64,000 bases of DNA from Acidobacteriota bacterium (GTDB lineage Bacteria; Acidobacteriota; Terriglobia; Acidiferrales; UBA7541). Position numbers and translations under genes: made by a program. The stretch lies in NCBI GenBank assembly GCA_003224145.1, contig QHYN01000203.1:11201-75200 (forward strand). The letters are read 5' to 3'. Below are positions 37,039 to 46,148 of the stretch, in pieces; the first letter of the stretch is position 1, and the number at the start of each line of letters is the position of its first letter. Under the pieces are notes generated by a model. It did no database searches. It was given only the letters and a program-made list of their open reading frames with translations, and was not told the DNA's origin.

Positions 37039-37641
37039 TTACTTGACTTCCTTCTCGCTCACTATCCGTTCATTCGCCTTGCTTCTGTAGCGCCGCCTGC
37101 CCATGGTGAACCACCACGCGGGTATGAAGATGTTCGCGGTTATGTAGATCCCGAATGCGATGCCCAGCACATAGCCCGTCACATAGTCGAGAGTGGGATG
37201 GAGGTCCGAATAGCGCATGTAAATCATCGTTCCGCCCCAAAAAATGATCGAGATCACGGAAAGAACCACGAGCGCCGGGTGCCGGAACCGCACCGTCTGC
37301 CGGATGCCGTAGATCGTGGCACAGAGCATTCCCGGAATACCTAAAAATATCGTCCATCCCTCCAACTTTATCCCGACGATGGCGTCAAAGTTCATCAGGT
37401 GGAACTCGTCCAGTAAGGCGCCAAGGCCGAAGGGCAGGGTCACCAATCCGAGAAAGGCAAAGCAGCGATAGGCGCGGTTCAGCCGCGCATACTCCAACCG
37501 AAGGACCTCACTACTGTTTTCCGGGACAAGGGCAGGCGACGCCGGCTGGTGTACTGGCGTCGAATGTGAATCCCTCCAATACTTCGCCAGCAACAGGACC
37601 GTCGCGGCCACGATCAAAAGCGTTGTCAGGCTGACATCCAC
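37039..37641 (-). CDS. Unknown small polytopic membrane protein, paralogue D (extra N-terminal TM)
   Basis: LNRAYRCFAFLG and PAWWFTMGRRRYRSKA; GTG start with an AGGAG site upstream. Confidence 0.78.
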   Translation of the reverse strand: MDVSLTTLLIVAATVLLLAKYWRDSHSTPVHQPASPALVPENSSEVLRLEYARLNRAYRCFAFLGLVTLPFGLGALLDEFHLMNFDAIVGIKLEGWTIFLGIPGMLCATIYGIRQTVRFRHPALVVLSVISIIFWGGTMIYMRYSDLHPTLDYVTGYVLGIAFGIYITANIFIPAWWFTMGRRRYRSKANERIVSEKEVK

Positions 37642-37911
37642 GTGCTGCTCCTTCTGGAATTTCCGAGTCTACAGGCTCTTCCTTCTCGATTGCTAGCTTT
37701 AGCAGGAGATTTCACCAGCTAAATACAACAGCTTTGCTGCCAGCCACAAAACCCTCAATATGGTCCGTTGCGGTTGTGGGCGGCGCATTAGTTTCTCTAT
37801 GCCGGATAACCGTGCTAACCGCACAAGCGAAACCACATGTCCCGCAATCCGACCTCTCAGGAGTTACATTGACAACGCGCAGCTTTGGGCAGCATTGCTT
37901 CGAGGTGCTCT

Positions 37912-39176
37912 ATGCTCCGACCCGTACTGCCGCTGCAACTTTTATCGTCCCTGGTCTTAGTTCTGTGCTCCCCTGTGATTGGCCAGAACCAAACCTCACT
38001 CGGCGAGGCAGCGCGTCAAACGAAGGCTGCTAAATCCGCCGCGCCGGATAAAGCTGCGAAAGTTATCACAAACGAAACTCAGGACGGGCAAGGCGCCTGC
38101 ACACTGCCAGCCCAATCGACGAAGGACCCTACGGCGGAGGACGCGCTGCGCATGGCATTTCTCCATCGGATTGCTGGGCGGTGGAATTTAGCCTATTCCG
38201 GCAAGGGTAACCATCACTGGTGGCCGAATCACGGCTCGGTAGGGCCCAAGGACCAAATTCATTACTTGTTTGGACCCACAGAGTTGTCAATAGAATCTAG
38301 CCCGAATTCAATCCGACTTCCGTCACTGGTCGCTTTGTCTATGGCTCGGTGCGCAAGATCTCGGCGGACGTGTTCGATGTGGCTCTGTACAAGCCTTGCG
38401 AGCCCGCCACCCAAGAAATCAAGCGGTTCAAACTCTTAATCAACGGGAAGATGCTAGAAATCACGGCAGACGCTGAAGGAAATCCAGAACCTACCATCCA
38501 GGTTCTGGAACTTGTCGAACCAAGCTTCGCCCTTCCGCAGGAACCGAAGCCGAAAGTGCAGTCCGGCGAGATCAAGGAAGGCAAGCAGTACACGAGTAGC
38601 AAGGGAATGTTCTCCATTACTGTACCTCCGCGCAATTGGGCTGTAGACACGTACAAATTTGAAGAGTCACAGTTGAAGTATGAAAACTATGACTACGAGG
38701 AAGTGGTCTTTTACATCCCTGACTTTGGACAAGCCTACGGGGTAGGGGTTCGCCGGATTCCGCAGGCGGCCCTGATACAGATGGCAAAAGAGGAAGAGAA
38801 GCAAACACTCTCGAGCCTTGCGAATAAAGCCCTTCACCAATGGCGGGACTATGCCGCAGAACCCCAGCCGGTGGAAGAAACCTCCCTCCAGACGCAGTTC
38901 GGAGCAAGTTTGCTCCGTATCTACCTTGCTAAGCGTTCCTCGCTGGGTGAAACCGCGGTCGGTGGAGACAGGATCGGCAATCTCAAAGGCGAGAAGCTTG
39001 ATACTCACATTGCTGTGATTGTGGCGAAGAAGGGGGATTTGTTCATCTATGCGACAGTGGAAGACGACGATCTGCAGTCCAACTCCACACGACCGCCACA
39101 GGGTCCTTTCGACCCCAAACCAATCTTGAGCAAGAAGTTGCAGAGCTTCTTTGCCAGCATGACCGTAAAAATCTGA
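37912..39176 (+). pseudogene. Secreted hypothetical protein split by a single-base frameshift near 38301
   Basis: Frame 1 has a signal peptide and runs to ...ELSIESS. The second frame is open from 38301 (PEFNPTSVTGRFVYGSVRKISAD...) to the stop at 39176. One extra C in AGCCCG would fuse them. Confidence 0.6.
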
Positions 39177-39277
39177 CACAAGCCCACCCTGTGGGCGAAT
39201 GGACGCATAGTAGGCTACACGTCAGAAGTGCCCTCCTTCGCAGCCAATTTGCGACGCCTCTCGGGATTGTGCCTGGA

Positions 39278-40804
39278 TCACGGTGTTGCCGGAACAGGAC
39301 GAACACTGCGGAGCTGGTTGACAATATCGATCGCCAGCCGCTGCGCCGCGGCGGGACCGTCAATTGCGGTGACCTTCCCTGTTCCCAGGACCATGCCTGT
39401 TTTCGGGCTAATCATTTTGAAAATCCAGTCGTACGTCAGGAAGGGCCGCGTGACGTCGATATAGATATCGGCTCCGTTGCGGTCGTCGACGATACGGATG
39501 CCCCACTCCTTCATCTCGGGCCGAATGTAAAGCGCGTCTTGCAACAAATTGCCCTTCATCCAGATCGTGTGGGATTCCACAAATATCGATCGAGCAGAGC
39601 GAAGAATTCCTGCCGGATCGTTTCCTGATTCACGAATCGCCGTGTTGTTCGCCTCCGATGTTCCGGTAGGTCTGTCCAGTTCTTCGCGCGGGAACTGCAC
39701 GGCACTCGCGAGCTGCTCCACAATGACTTCCGCCAGCTTCGGACCGGCGTCGAATTCATCGGTTGCTTCAACCATGCCTGAAGCGAGTGTCAAGGACTTG
39801 GGCTGATAAACCAGGGTGTAGGTCCAGTCAAACGTCATGACCGGCCGGTCAACGGTGATGGCAATATCGGCAGTCTGCCCGTAATCGGCGAAGCGCAATC
39901 CCAAGTGCGGGAACATCGCTGTTTTATGAATATCGTCCTGCAGCCGCTCGCGGCGCAAATAAATCGTTTTGGAATGCACCGAAATGGTGTACATTTGCCG
40001 CTGGTCCGGGCGAGGTAGAGTCAGACCAGGAGGAGCCACTGGTGCTGCAGGAGGGTTGGAAGGAGCCGCTGCAGCGGACGCGGCTTTGGCGCTGAATGGC
40101 TGCAGACGCGCGCCCGAGTCAAAGCGCGCGCCGCCAGATGCATTGCCGAGACCGGCAATGCTGTCGAAGGGCACGGCAAAATTCAGGTTCTGGCCGACGC
40201 TGAGTGAACCGACGACGATTCCTAGTATCCTAGCTTCGGCATCCACCAGCACGCCGCCGCTGGATCCGGGCGACAATGGAGCGGTGAACTGCAAAACCCG
40301 GTAGCCACTACCAGCCCCGGGTACATCGTCGGCCATTCGGGTGGCGCTCAGGATGCCGGAAGATGCAGTCCAGGGCAAGCCCACAGCGTTCGATACGACA
40401 AAAACCGTGGCACCGGATGCCGCGCTAGCGGAGTTGCCGATGGGCAGCACTGGAAGCCCCGTTGCAGGGATGCGCAGTGCTGCAACGTCGCGGCGCTCAT
40501 CGGACGCGATCAGCTCGACTTGGTCGTAGATTTCGCCGCTTTTGACCCGCACTTGCACCTCGCGCATCCCTTTCACGACATGGTTCGCAGTGAGGATCAC
40601 GCCATCGCTCCGGACAATCACGCCGGAAGCTACGCCCGCCACTTGGCCGTCACCTTTGCCGACCAGAATGGATACAGCTGCAGGCGAAACTCGATCGACG
40701 ACTTGATCTCCGGACAGTGCTTGGGGAGTTCCGCCTTGCCCCATCAAGTTCGATGTGGACATCCCGCACAGAACCGCGATAGCTAACAAGTTGACTAGTC
40801 GCAT
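39278..40804 (-). CDS. Secreted trypsin-like (S1) serine protease with two repeated C-terminal domains, no PDZ
   Basis: Catalytic triad motifs LTANHV, RDVAAL and PGSSGG; signal peptide; internal duplication in the C-terminal ~230 aa. Confidence 0.85.
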   Translation of the reverse strand: MRLVNLLAIAVLCGMSTSNLMGQGGTPQALSGDQVVDRVSPAAVSILVGKGDGQVAGVASGVIVRSDGVILTANHVVKGMREVQVRVKSGEIYDQVELIASDERRDVAALRIPATGLPVLPIGNSASAASGATVFVVSNAVGLPWTASSGILSATRMADDVPGAGSGYRVLQFTAPLSPGSSGGVLVDAEARILGIVVGSLSVGQNLNFAVPFDSIAGLGNASGGARFDSGARLQPFSAKAASAAAAPSNPPAAPVAPPGLTLPRPDQRQMYTISVHSKTIYLRRERLQDDIHKTAMFPHLGLRFADYGQTADIAITVDRPVMTFDWTYTLVYQPKSLTLASGMVEATDEFDAGPKLAEVIVEQLASAVQFPREELDRPTGTSEANNTAIRESGNDPAGILRSARSIFVESHTIWMKGNLLQDALYIRPEMKEWGIRIVDDRNGADIYIDVTRPFLTYDWIFKMISPKTGMVLGTGKVTAIDGPAAAQRLAIDIVNQLRSVRPVPATP

Positions 40805-41343
40805 GGCCCCTCCTTCCTAGTGCGATACTTTGCGATCAGCGGGTGGGACTCGTCACACCGCGCTAGTCACATTCGAGTGAGTTTTGTGGTTTCTGACTTA
40901 GACTTGCTTCTCGATTGGCTCCGAGTATATACCCATTGGGCTCCAACGCGGCGACCGGGTGGTTCTTCTCGCCCGCGCCCGCTAATCCAGGCCGCAGATA
41001 CGCAAGCGCCAAATACGCAACTAACATCACTTTTCGCATGGCGGCGGCCTCCTTTGTTTATTCTCGATCGCCGAACTACCCGGCACTGTCCGTGGCACTT
41101 TTCAGTCCATACCTTTGCGAACCAATGTGGCGGGGAATAAGGCGAATTACGCAAGGCAAATTTGGCAGCAGAGCCTGTGGTCTGCAAGATTCTCCTGACA
41201 TCGTCATCCGGGCAGGACACTCGGAGCTGCAGCACCAGTCGCAGGGACAAGGAAATTACGTGGGTACACTTCTGGGGTTATGCGCGCAGAACGCAAGGGC
41301 TTGCAGTTGCCGTCGTTTGACTTGCCAGCTGCGAGGGCCTAAC

Positions 41344-42741
41344 ATGACCCGCCAAGAGCAAGCTCCTTCTCCAATTATGGTCGGACAGACCATTTCGCAC
41401 TTTCGAATCCTTGAGAAGCTGGGCGAGGGAGGAATGGGCGTCGTCTATAAGGCCGAGGACACTAGGCTGGGTCGCTCGGTGGCGCTGAAATTCCTCCCTG
41501 AAGAGCTTTCCACGGACCACCATGCGGTGGATCGATTTCAACGGGAAGCCCGTGCCGCATCGGCTTTGAACCATCCCAACATCTGCACGATCCACGACAT
41601 TGATGAGCACAAGGGCCAGTTCTTCATCGTCATGGAGCTACTCGAGGGAAAAACCTTAAAGTATTATATCAGTAGGAAGCCCTTCAGCATTGAGTGTCTG
41701 CTGGAGCTTGGCATGCAGATCGCCGACGCGCTAGATGCCGCGCATGCGAAGGGCATTGTCCATCGCGATATCAAACCCACGAATATCTTCGTGACAGCAC
41801 GGGGCCAGGCTAAGGTCCTCGATTTTGGCCTAGCCAAACTGTTCCGGCCGCTGGCCTTTGGGGTGACCGCTGGCCCCGCGACGGCGGAGACTGCGACGAT
41901 GTCTACTGCTTCAGGCATGCTCGTCGGCACGGTGGCCTACATGGCTCCGGAACAGCTCGAAAGTCAGCCTGTGGACCCGCGCACCGATGTTTTCGCGCTC
42001 GGTCTCGTGCTGTACGAGATGGCCACCGGGTGCAACCCCTTCCTCGGCCGGTCAGCCACTTCCACCATTGCGAACATCCTGAAGGAAGAAGTGCCGCCTG
42101 TTGCGCAGCGCAATCCCCTGGCTCCCCCTGAGCTGGAGCGCATCGTGCAGAAATGCCTGCGCAAGCGCATTGATGAGCGATACGCCTCGGCTCGAGACCT
42201 TGCGGTCGATCTTGCAGCTTTGCGTCGAAGCCTCGAACCGACGACGGGGCGGCGCTCTGCCGCGGTGGCTGCCGAGCCTGCAGCGCCCCTTGCGATACCG
42301 CGCGGCGCCATCCGGGCCTTGCTGGAGCTCATTCAAGTCGGCTATCTGGCCATGTATGGGCTGGCGCTCTATAAGTTCCACGACGTGCTGCGCGTCAGCC
42401 ACGAGCTGTACACGTCGACCGTCTTGGGCGGAGTCTTGGGTGGAGTGCTACTGATGGCTAGCGTGCTCGGCGTTCCCGTGCGTCTCTACCAGTTCACTGC
42501 CATTGCTTTCGACTACCGCGACCTTGGCCAGAAGTTTCGCAGGTTGTTTCCGTTCGTATTACTGCTCGATGTAGTCTGGGCTGCGGCTCCCTTGCTCTTT
42601 CTCGGGCAGCTCCAGGGGCTTGTCCTAGTCTGTGCGGCCGCACTTGCCTTTCTTCCGTTCTCGCAGCGTACGCTACTCTACGCTGCTTATGCTCACACGG
42701 GTGGCCGCTCCTCCGCTATCCAGATGCCGGGCTCTAACTGA
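41344..42741 (+). CDS. Hanks-type Ser/Thr protein kinase with a C-terminal multi-pass membrane domain
   Basis: [21 protein letters not shown] and GTVAYMAPE all intact; about four hydrophobic helices at the C-terminus. ATG 41344 or 41377. Confidence 0.9.
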   Translation: MTRQEQAPSPIMVGQTISHFRILEKLGEGGMGVVYKAEDTRLGRSVALKFLPEELSTDHHAVDRFQREARAASALNHPNICTIHDIDEHKGQFFIVMELLEGKTLKYYISRKPFSIECLLELGMQIADALDAAHAKGIVHRDIKPTNIFVTARGQAKVLDFGLAKLFRPLAFGVTAGPATAETATMSTASGMLVGTVAYMAPEQLESQPVDPRTDVFALGLVLYEMATGCNPFLGRSATSTIANILKEEVPPVAQRNPLAPPELERIVQKCLRKRIDERYASARDLAVDLAALRRSLEPTTGRRSAAVAAEPAAPLAIPRGAIRALLELIQVGYLAMYGLALYKFHDVLRVSHELYTSTVLGGVLGGVLLMASVLGVPVRLYQFTAIAFDYRDLGQKFRRLFPFVLLLDVVWAAAPLLFLGQLQGLVLVCAAALAFLPFSQRTLLYAAYAHTGGRSSAIQMPGSN

Positions 42742-42884
42742 CTCGGCTAGCGAGTGAGAGTCTCGACTACGCTCGGGATGAAAGGCGGGAGGAGCGGGAC
42801 GTCGAAACGTCGGAATGTCTAGAAAGGCGCACAGGCACTCCTGTGTAGCTGCTAATAGACATCCCGGACAGGTGGGGTATTCTC

Positions 42885-43226
42885 TCAGCCCACCGCAGGA
42901 GGTTCGGGATGAAGAATCCAGTTTACGAGCAGGTCCAGACGAGGAAGGTGAAGGCCAGGCTGCACATGCCGCACGATTGCCTCGGCCCTGATTTGGCCTT
43001 CCTCGACGAGAAAATCGAGCTTGGCTTTCATGCCCATCGGCTGTGGAACCGGGGTAGCAATAAACAGACCTGCGGCGCTCAGGTCCCGGACGCGTGAGAC
43101 ATCATTCCTATCATTACAACGCCAACAGACCCAGACCCCGTCCGGCATCTCGACCCGAGAGGTGTGCCGCCGCGAATACGAAGGTGTTTGCAGAGAAGGG
43201 GACACAAAGCACCTCAAGCCTTGCAT
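42885..43226 (-). pseudogene. PilZ-domain gene, apparently shortened at the C-terminus
   Basis: RxxxR (RRHTSR) and DxSxxG (DLSAAG) motifs present; the terminal GxGxxF strand of PilZ is missing. Start uncertain. Confidence 0.55.
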
Positions 43227-43368
43227 GGCTGTAGGAGTAGTGATGAGGACGTACAGGAGGTTGTAAGGTGTATGGAAAACTACTCCTGAAATCTGTGGAA
43301 AACAAGGGAAAATTTCTGCCAGATCCTCCCAACCCTGGCGGGCTGGGCGTCCCGGTACAGAACGCCGC

Positions 43369-43490
43369 GACGCCCCGACAAGAGTCGGAGTAAACGCCAA
43401 GCGCCAACCTCGCCGGTACAAGCCAAGGGCACGATGCATCGCGCCCGCACAAAAGCGGAGACGGCGGCATCAAGCCGCGGCCACAAAAGC
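43369..43490. repeat. Cluster of REP-like palindromes
   Basis: CCGAC-AAGA-GTCGG (43375-43388), GGGCACGATGCATCGCGCCC (43427-43446) and GCGGC-ATCAA-GCCGC followed by GGCCACAAAAGC. Confidence 0.6.
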
Positions 43491-43546
43491 GAAGCGCGTA
43501 GAGGGATTGCGGTGCGACGCGACGACGATGGTAGACTGGCACGGAC

Positions 43547-44746
43547 ATGAGCCAACCGTCGAAAATCAAATCGCAGGCTACGAATGTTGTTGAGCTGGAA
43601 TGCTCGGCGTGCGGCAAGAAGTACGACGCAGCGGTGGAGCAACACTTGTGTACGTGCGGGAAGCCGCTGCTAGCGCGATACGATTTGCTGCAGGCGGCCG
43701 CTACGCTGACGCTGGAAAGCCTGAAGAGCCGGCCGCGAACGCTGTGGCGTTACGCGGAGGTGCTTCCGAACAACGCGCCCGTGTCGTTGGGGGAAGGAAT
43801 GACGCCGTTGGTGCATGTGAAGCGCCTGGGCGCATCGATGAACCTTGAGAAGTTGTATATCAAGGACGAGGGGCTGAATCCCACCGGGTCGTTTAAAGCG
43901 CGAGGGATGACGGTGGCTGTGACGCGCGCTAAGCGACTGGGAGCGAAGGCTTTAGCTGCGCCTACGGCGGGCAATGCGGGGGGCGCATTGGCTGCGTACG
44001 CGGCGGCCGCAGGGCTACCTGCTGTGATCGTCATGCCCGCAGATACTCCCGCGGCGAACGTGATGGAGTGCCAGGCATTTGGGGCAAAGGTCGTGAAGCT
44101 GAACGGCTTAATCTCCGATTGCGGGAAGTATGTGGCGGAGCACAAGGACCGCGAGGGCTGGTACGACGTCTCCACGCTGAAAGAGCCGTACCGCGTGGAA
44201 GGCAAGAAGACCATGGGCTACGAGCTTTGGGAACAATTCGGCGGGAAGCTGCCGGATGTGATTTTGTATCCCACGGGAGGCGGAGTCGGGCTCATTGGGA
44301 TGTGCAAAGCATTCGATGAAATGCAAGAGATGAGATGGATTGGCTCTGAGCGCCCCCGGATGGTGGCCGTTCAGGCTGAAGGTTGCGTGCCGATCGTGCG
44401 AGCGTGGGAAGCGCACCAGAATACCTCGCAATTTTTCCCGAACGCCGCGACGATTGCTTCCGGATTGCGCGTGCCCGGGCCGCTGGGCGATCTGCTCATT
44501 TTGAGCATGCTTCGCCAGACGAAGGGAACAGCTTTAGCGGTCAGCGACGAGGAGATGCTTAACGCCGGCAAGGAACTCGCTTCACTCGAAGGCATCTTTG
44601 CCGCGCCGGAAGGAGCCGCGACGGTGATTGCCGTGCGGAAACTGGCGGCTTCCGGCTGGATCAAGGCGCGGGAAACCGTGGTGCTGTTCAACACTGGCAC
44701 GGGGTACAAATACTCGGAAGCCTGGGAACGGGCTTTGCAGGCGTGA
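43547..44746 (+). CDS. thrC: Threonine synthase-family PLP enzyme
   Basis: N-terminal C-x2-C...C-x-C; SLGEGMTPL, NPTGSFKARG, TAGNAG, EGKKT and PEGAA motifs. Confidence 0.8.
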   Translation: MSQPSKIKSQATNVVELECSACGKKYDAAVEQHLCTCGKPLLARYDLLQAAATLTLESLKSRPRTLWRYAEVLPNNAPVSLGEGMTPLVHVKRLGASMNLEKLYIKDEGLNPTGSFKARGMTVAVTRAKRLGAKALAAPTAGNAGGALAAYAAAAGLPAVIVMPADTPAANVMECQAFGAKVVKLNGLISDCGKYVAEHKDREGWYDVSTLKEPYRVEGKKTMGYELWEQFGGKLPDVILYPTGGGVGLIGMCKAFDEMQEMRWIGSERPRMVAVQAEGCVPIVRAWEAHQNTSQFFPNAATIASGLRVPGPLGDLLILSMLRQTKGTALAVSDEEMLNAGKELASLEGIFAAPEGAATVIAVRKLAASGWIKARETVVLFNTGTGYKYSEAWERALQA

Positions 44747-44748
44747 TA

Positions 44749-44826
44749 CGGCGTAAAGCCGCCGCTACAAAAGCAAGATAAAGGCGACGTCCCGACATTG
44801 TCGGGATGAATGCCGTCACCGCTACA
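44749..44826. repeat. Two REP-like GTAG-hairpin elements
   Basis: Minus strand GTAG-CGGCG-N6-CGCCG, and a second unit ending CCGCTACA that carries a TCCCGAC-ATT-GTCGGGA hairpin. Confidence 0.65.
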
Positions 44827-44854
44827 GGAGCGATTCCGGACAGGAGTGAGCACG

Positions 44855-46075
44855 GTGGCTACGCGCCGCTTGTACTACGACGATTCTTTCCAAAAGGAGT
44901 TCACCGCGCGGGTCGTCCATTGCGAAGTGCTTCCCCCGGATGTGAACTCCGGGATTACCGGGACCGTTTGGGGCCTGATCCTCGACCGCACCGCGTTCTA
45001 CCCAACGTCGGGAGGACAGCCGAACGACTCGGGGAAGATCGGCGATGCGAATGTTCTGGATGTCCGCGAAGAAGGGGATGAAATCATTCACGTGGTCGAC
45101 CGCCGTCCCGAAAGTCCGGACGTGAATGGCTGCATCCACTGGCCGCGGCGCTTTGACCACATGCAGCAACACACCGGCCAGCATGTGCTCTCCGCCATGT
45201 TTCAGGAACGCTTTGGCCGGCCCACGGTTTCGTTTCATCTGGGAGCCGAGGTGTGCACGATCGATCTGCGCGGGCCGGAGCCGTCCGAGGAAGTTCTGGA
45301 AGGCGCCGAGCGGGCGGCGAATCAGATCGTTTTCGATGATCGGCCGATCAACATTCGCTACGACTCGGCAGAGGAGTTTTCTAAGCTTGGCGTGCGCAAG
45401 GAAGTCAAGCGCGCCGGCATCCTCCGCGCCATCGAAATCGAGGGCGTGGAGTTGCAACCCTGCGGAGGCACGCACGTCAAGAGCACGGGACAGATCGGCA
45501 TGGCGCTGGTGCGGCGTTGCAGCAAGGTCCGACAGGATTGGCGCGTCGAGTTTGTTTGCGGCGGCCGTGCGGAAAAAGCCGCACGTCACGATTTTCAGTT
45601 ACTTCGGCAGGCTGCGGAAAAACTGAGCTGTGCCCAAGAGGACGTCGCTTCTGCCGCATCGCGGGCACTTGCCGAACGCGACGCGAACTTCAAGAATCTT
45701 CGCGCGATGCTCGGGCGCTTGGCACGCGCAGAGGCCGCGCTTGCACTGCAATCTGCGCCTCCCGGCCCCGATGGACTTCGCATCGTATCGCGCGTTTTTG
45801 AAGGCGTCCCTTCCGAATATCCCGGTTTCTTCGCCACGGAACTCGCAAAATCAGAGAAAACGGTTGCTCTCCTGTCGGCGAAAGAACAAGGCCACTTGCT
45901 CTTCGCCCAGCATCCTTCGTCGGGCAAAGATATGAATGCGCTTCTCAAACATGTCTTCGAAAAATTCAACGGCAAAGGCGGCGGCACGCGCGATTTCGCC
46001 CGCGGCAAGCTTAGCGATCCTGCTCACGCCGACGGTGCTCTCGCATTCGCGAGAGAACAGTTGTTCCGTGCTTAG
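44855..46075 (+). CDS. Alanyl-tRNA editing protein (AlaX-like) with a C-terminal DHHA1/C-Ala domain
   Basis: FYPTSGGQPND, HTGQH (HxxxH), CGGTH (CxxxH) and GKGGG motifs; GTG 44855 with an AGGAG site. Confidence 0.85.
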   Translation: MATRRLYYDDSFQKEFTARVVHCEVLPPDVNSGITGTVWGLILDRTAFYPTSGGQPNDSGKIGDANVLDVREEGDEIIHVVDRRPESPDVNGCIHWPRRFDHMQQHTGQHVLSAMFQERFGRPTVSFHLGAEVCTIDLRGPEPSEEVLEGAERAANQIVFDDRPINIRYDSAEEFSKLGVRKEVKRAGILRAIEIEGVELQPCGGTHVKSTGQIGMALVRRCSKVRQDWRVEFVCGGRAEKAARHDFQLLRQAAEKLSCAQEDVASAASRALAERDANFKNLRAMLGRLARAEAALALQSAPPGPDGLRIVSRVFEGVPSEYPGFFATELAKSEKTVALLSAKEQGHLLFAQHPSSGKDMNALLKHVFEKFNGKGGGTRDFARGKLSDPAHADGALAFAREQLFRA

Positions 46076-46148
46076 ACCTGCGCTATAAGCTGTGCACGAA
46101 TCATCAGTGCCGATGCGAGCAGGGCAAATGGTTTAGGTGAGGTGCTGG

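Noticed and set aside
40915-41343. 143-aa N-terminal extension of the kinase in the ORF track
   Set aside because: No domain-like character; kinases of this type begin at M...GQTISHF, so it is treated as intergenic. The same reasoning shortened the starts of pssA, the NtrY-like kinase, the 58217 regulator and the NTF2-like gene.
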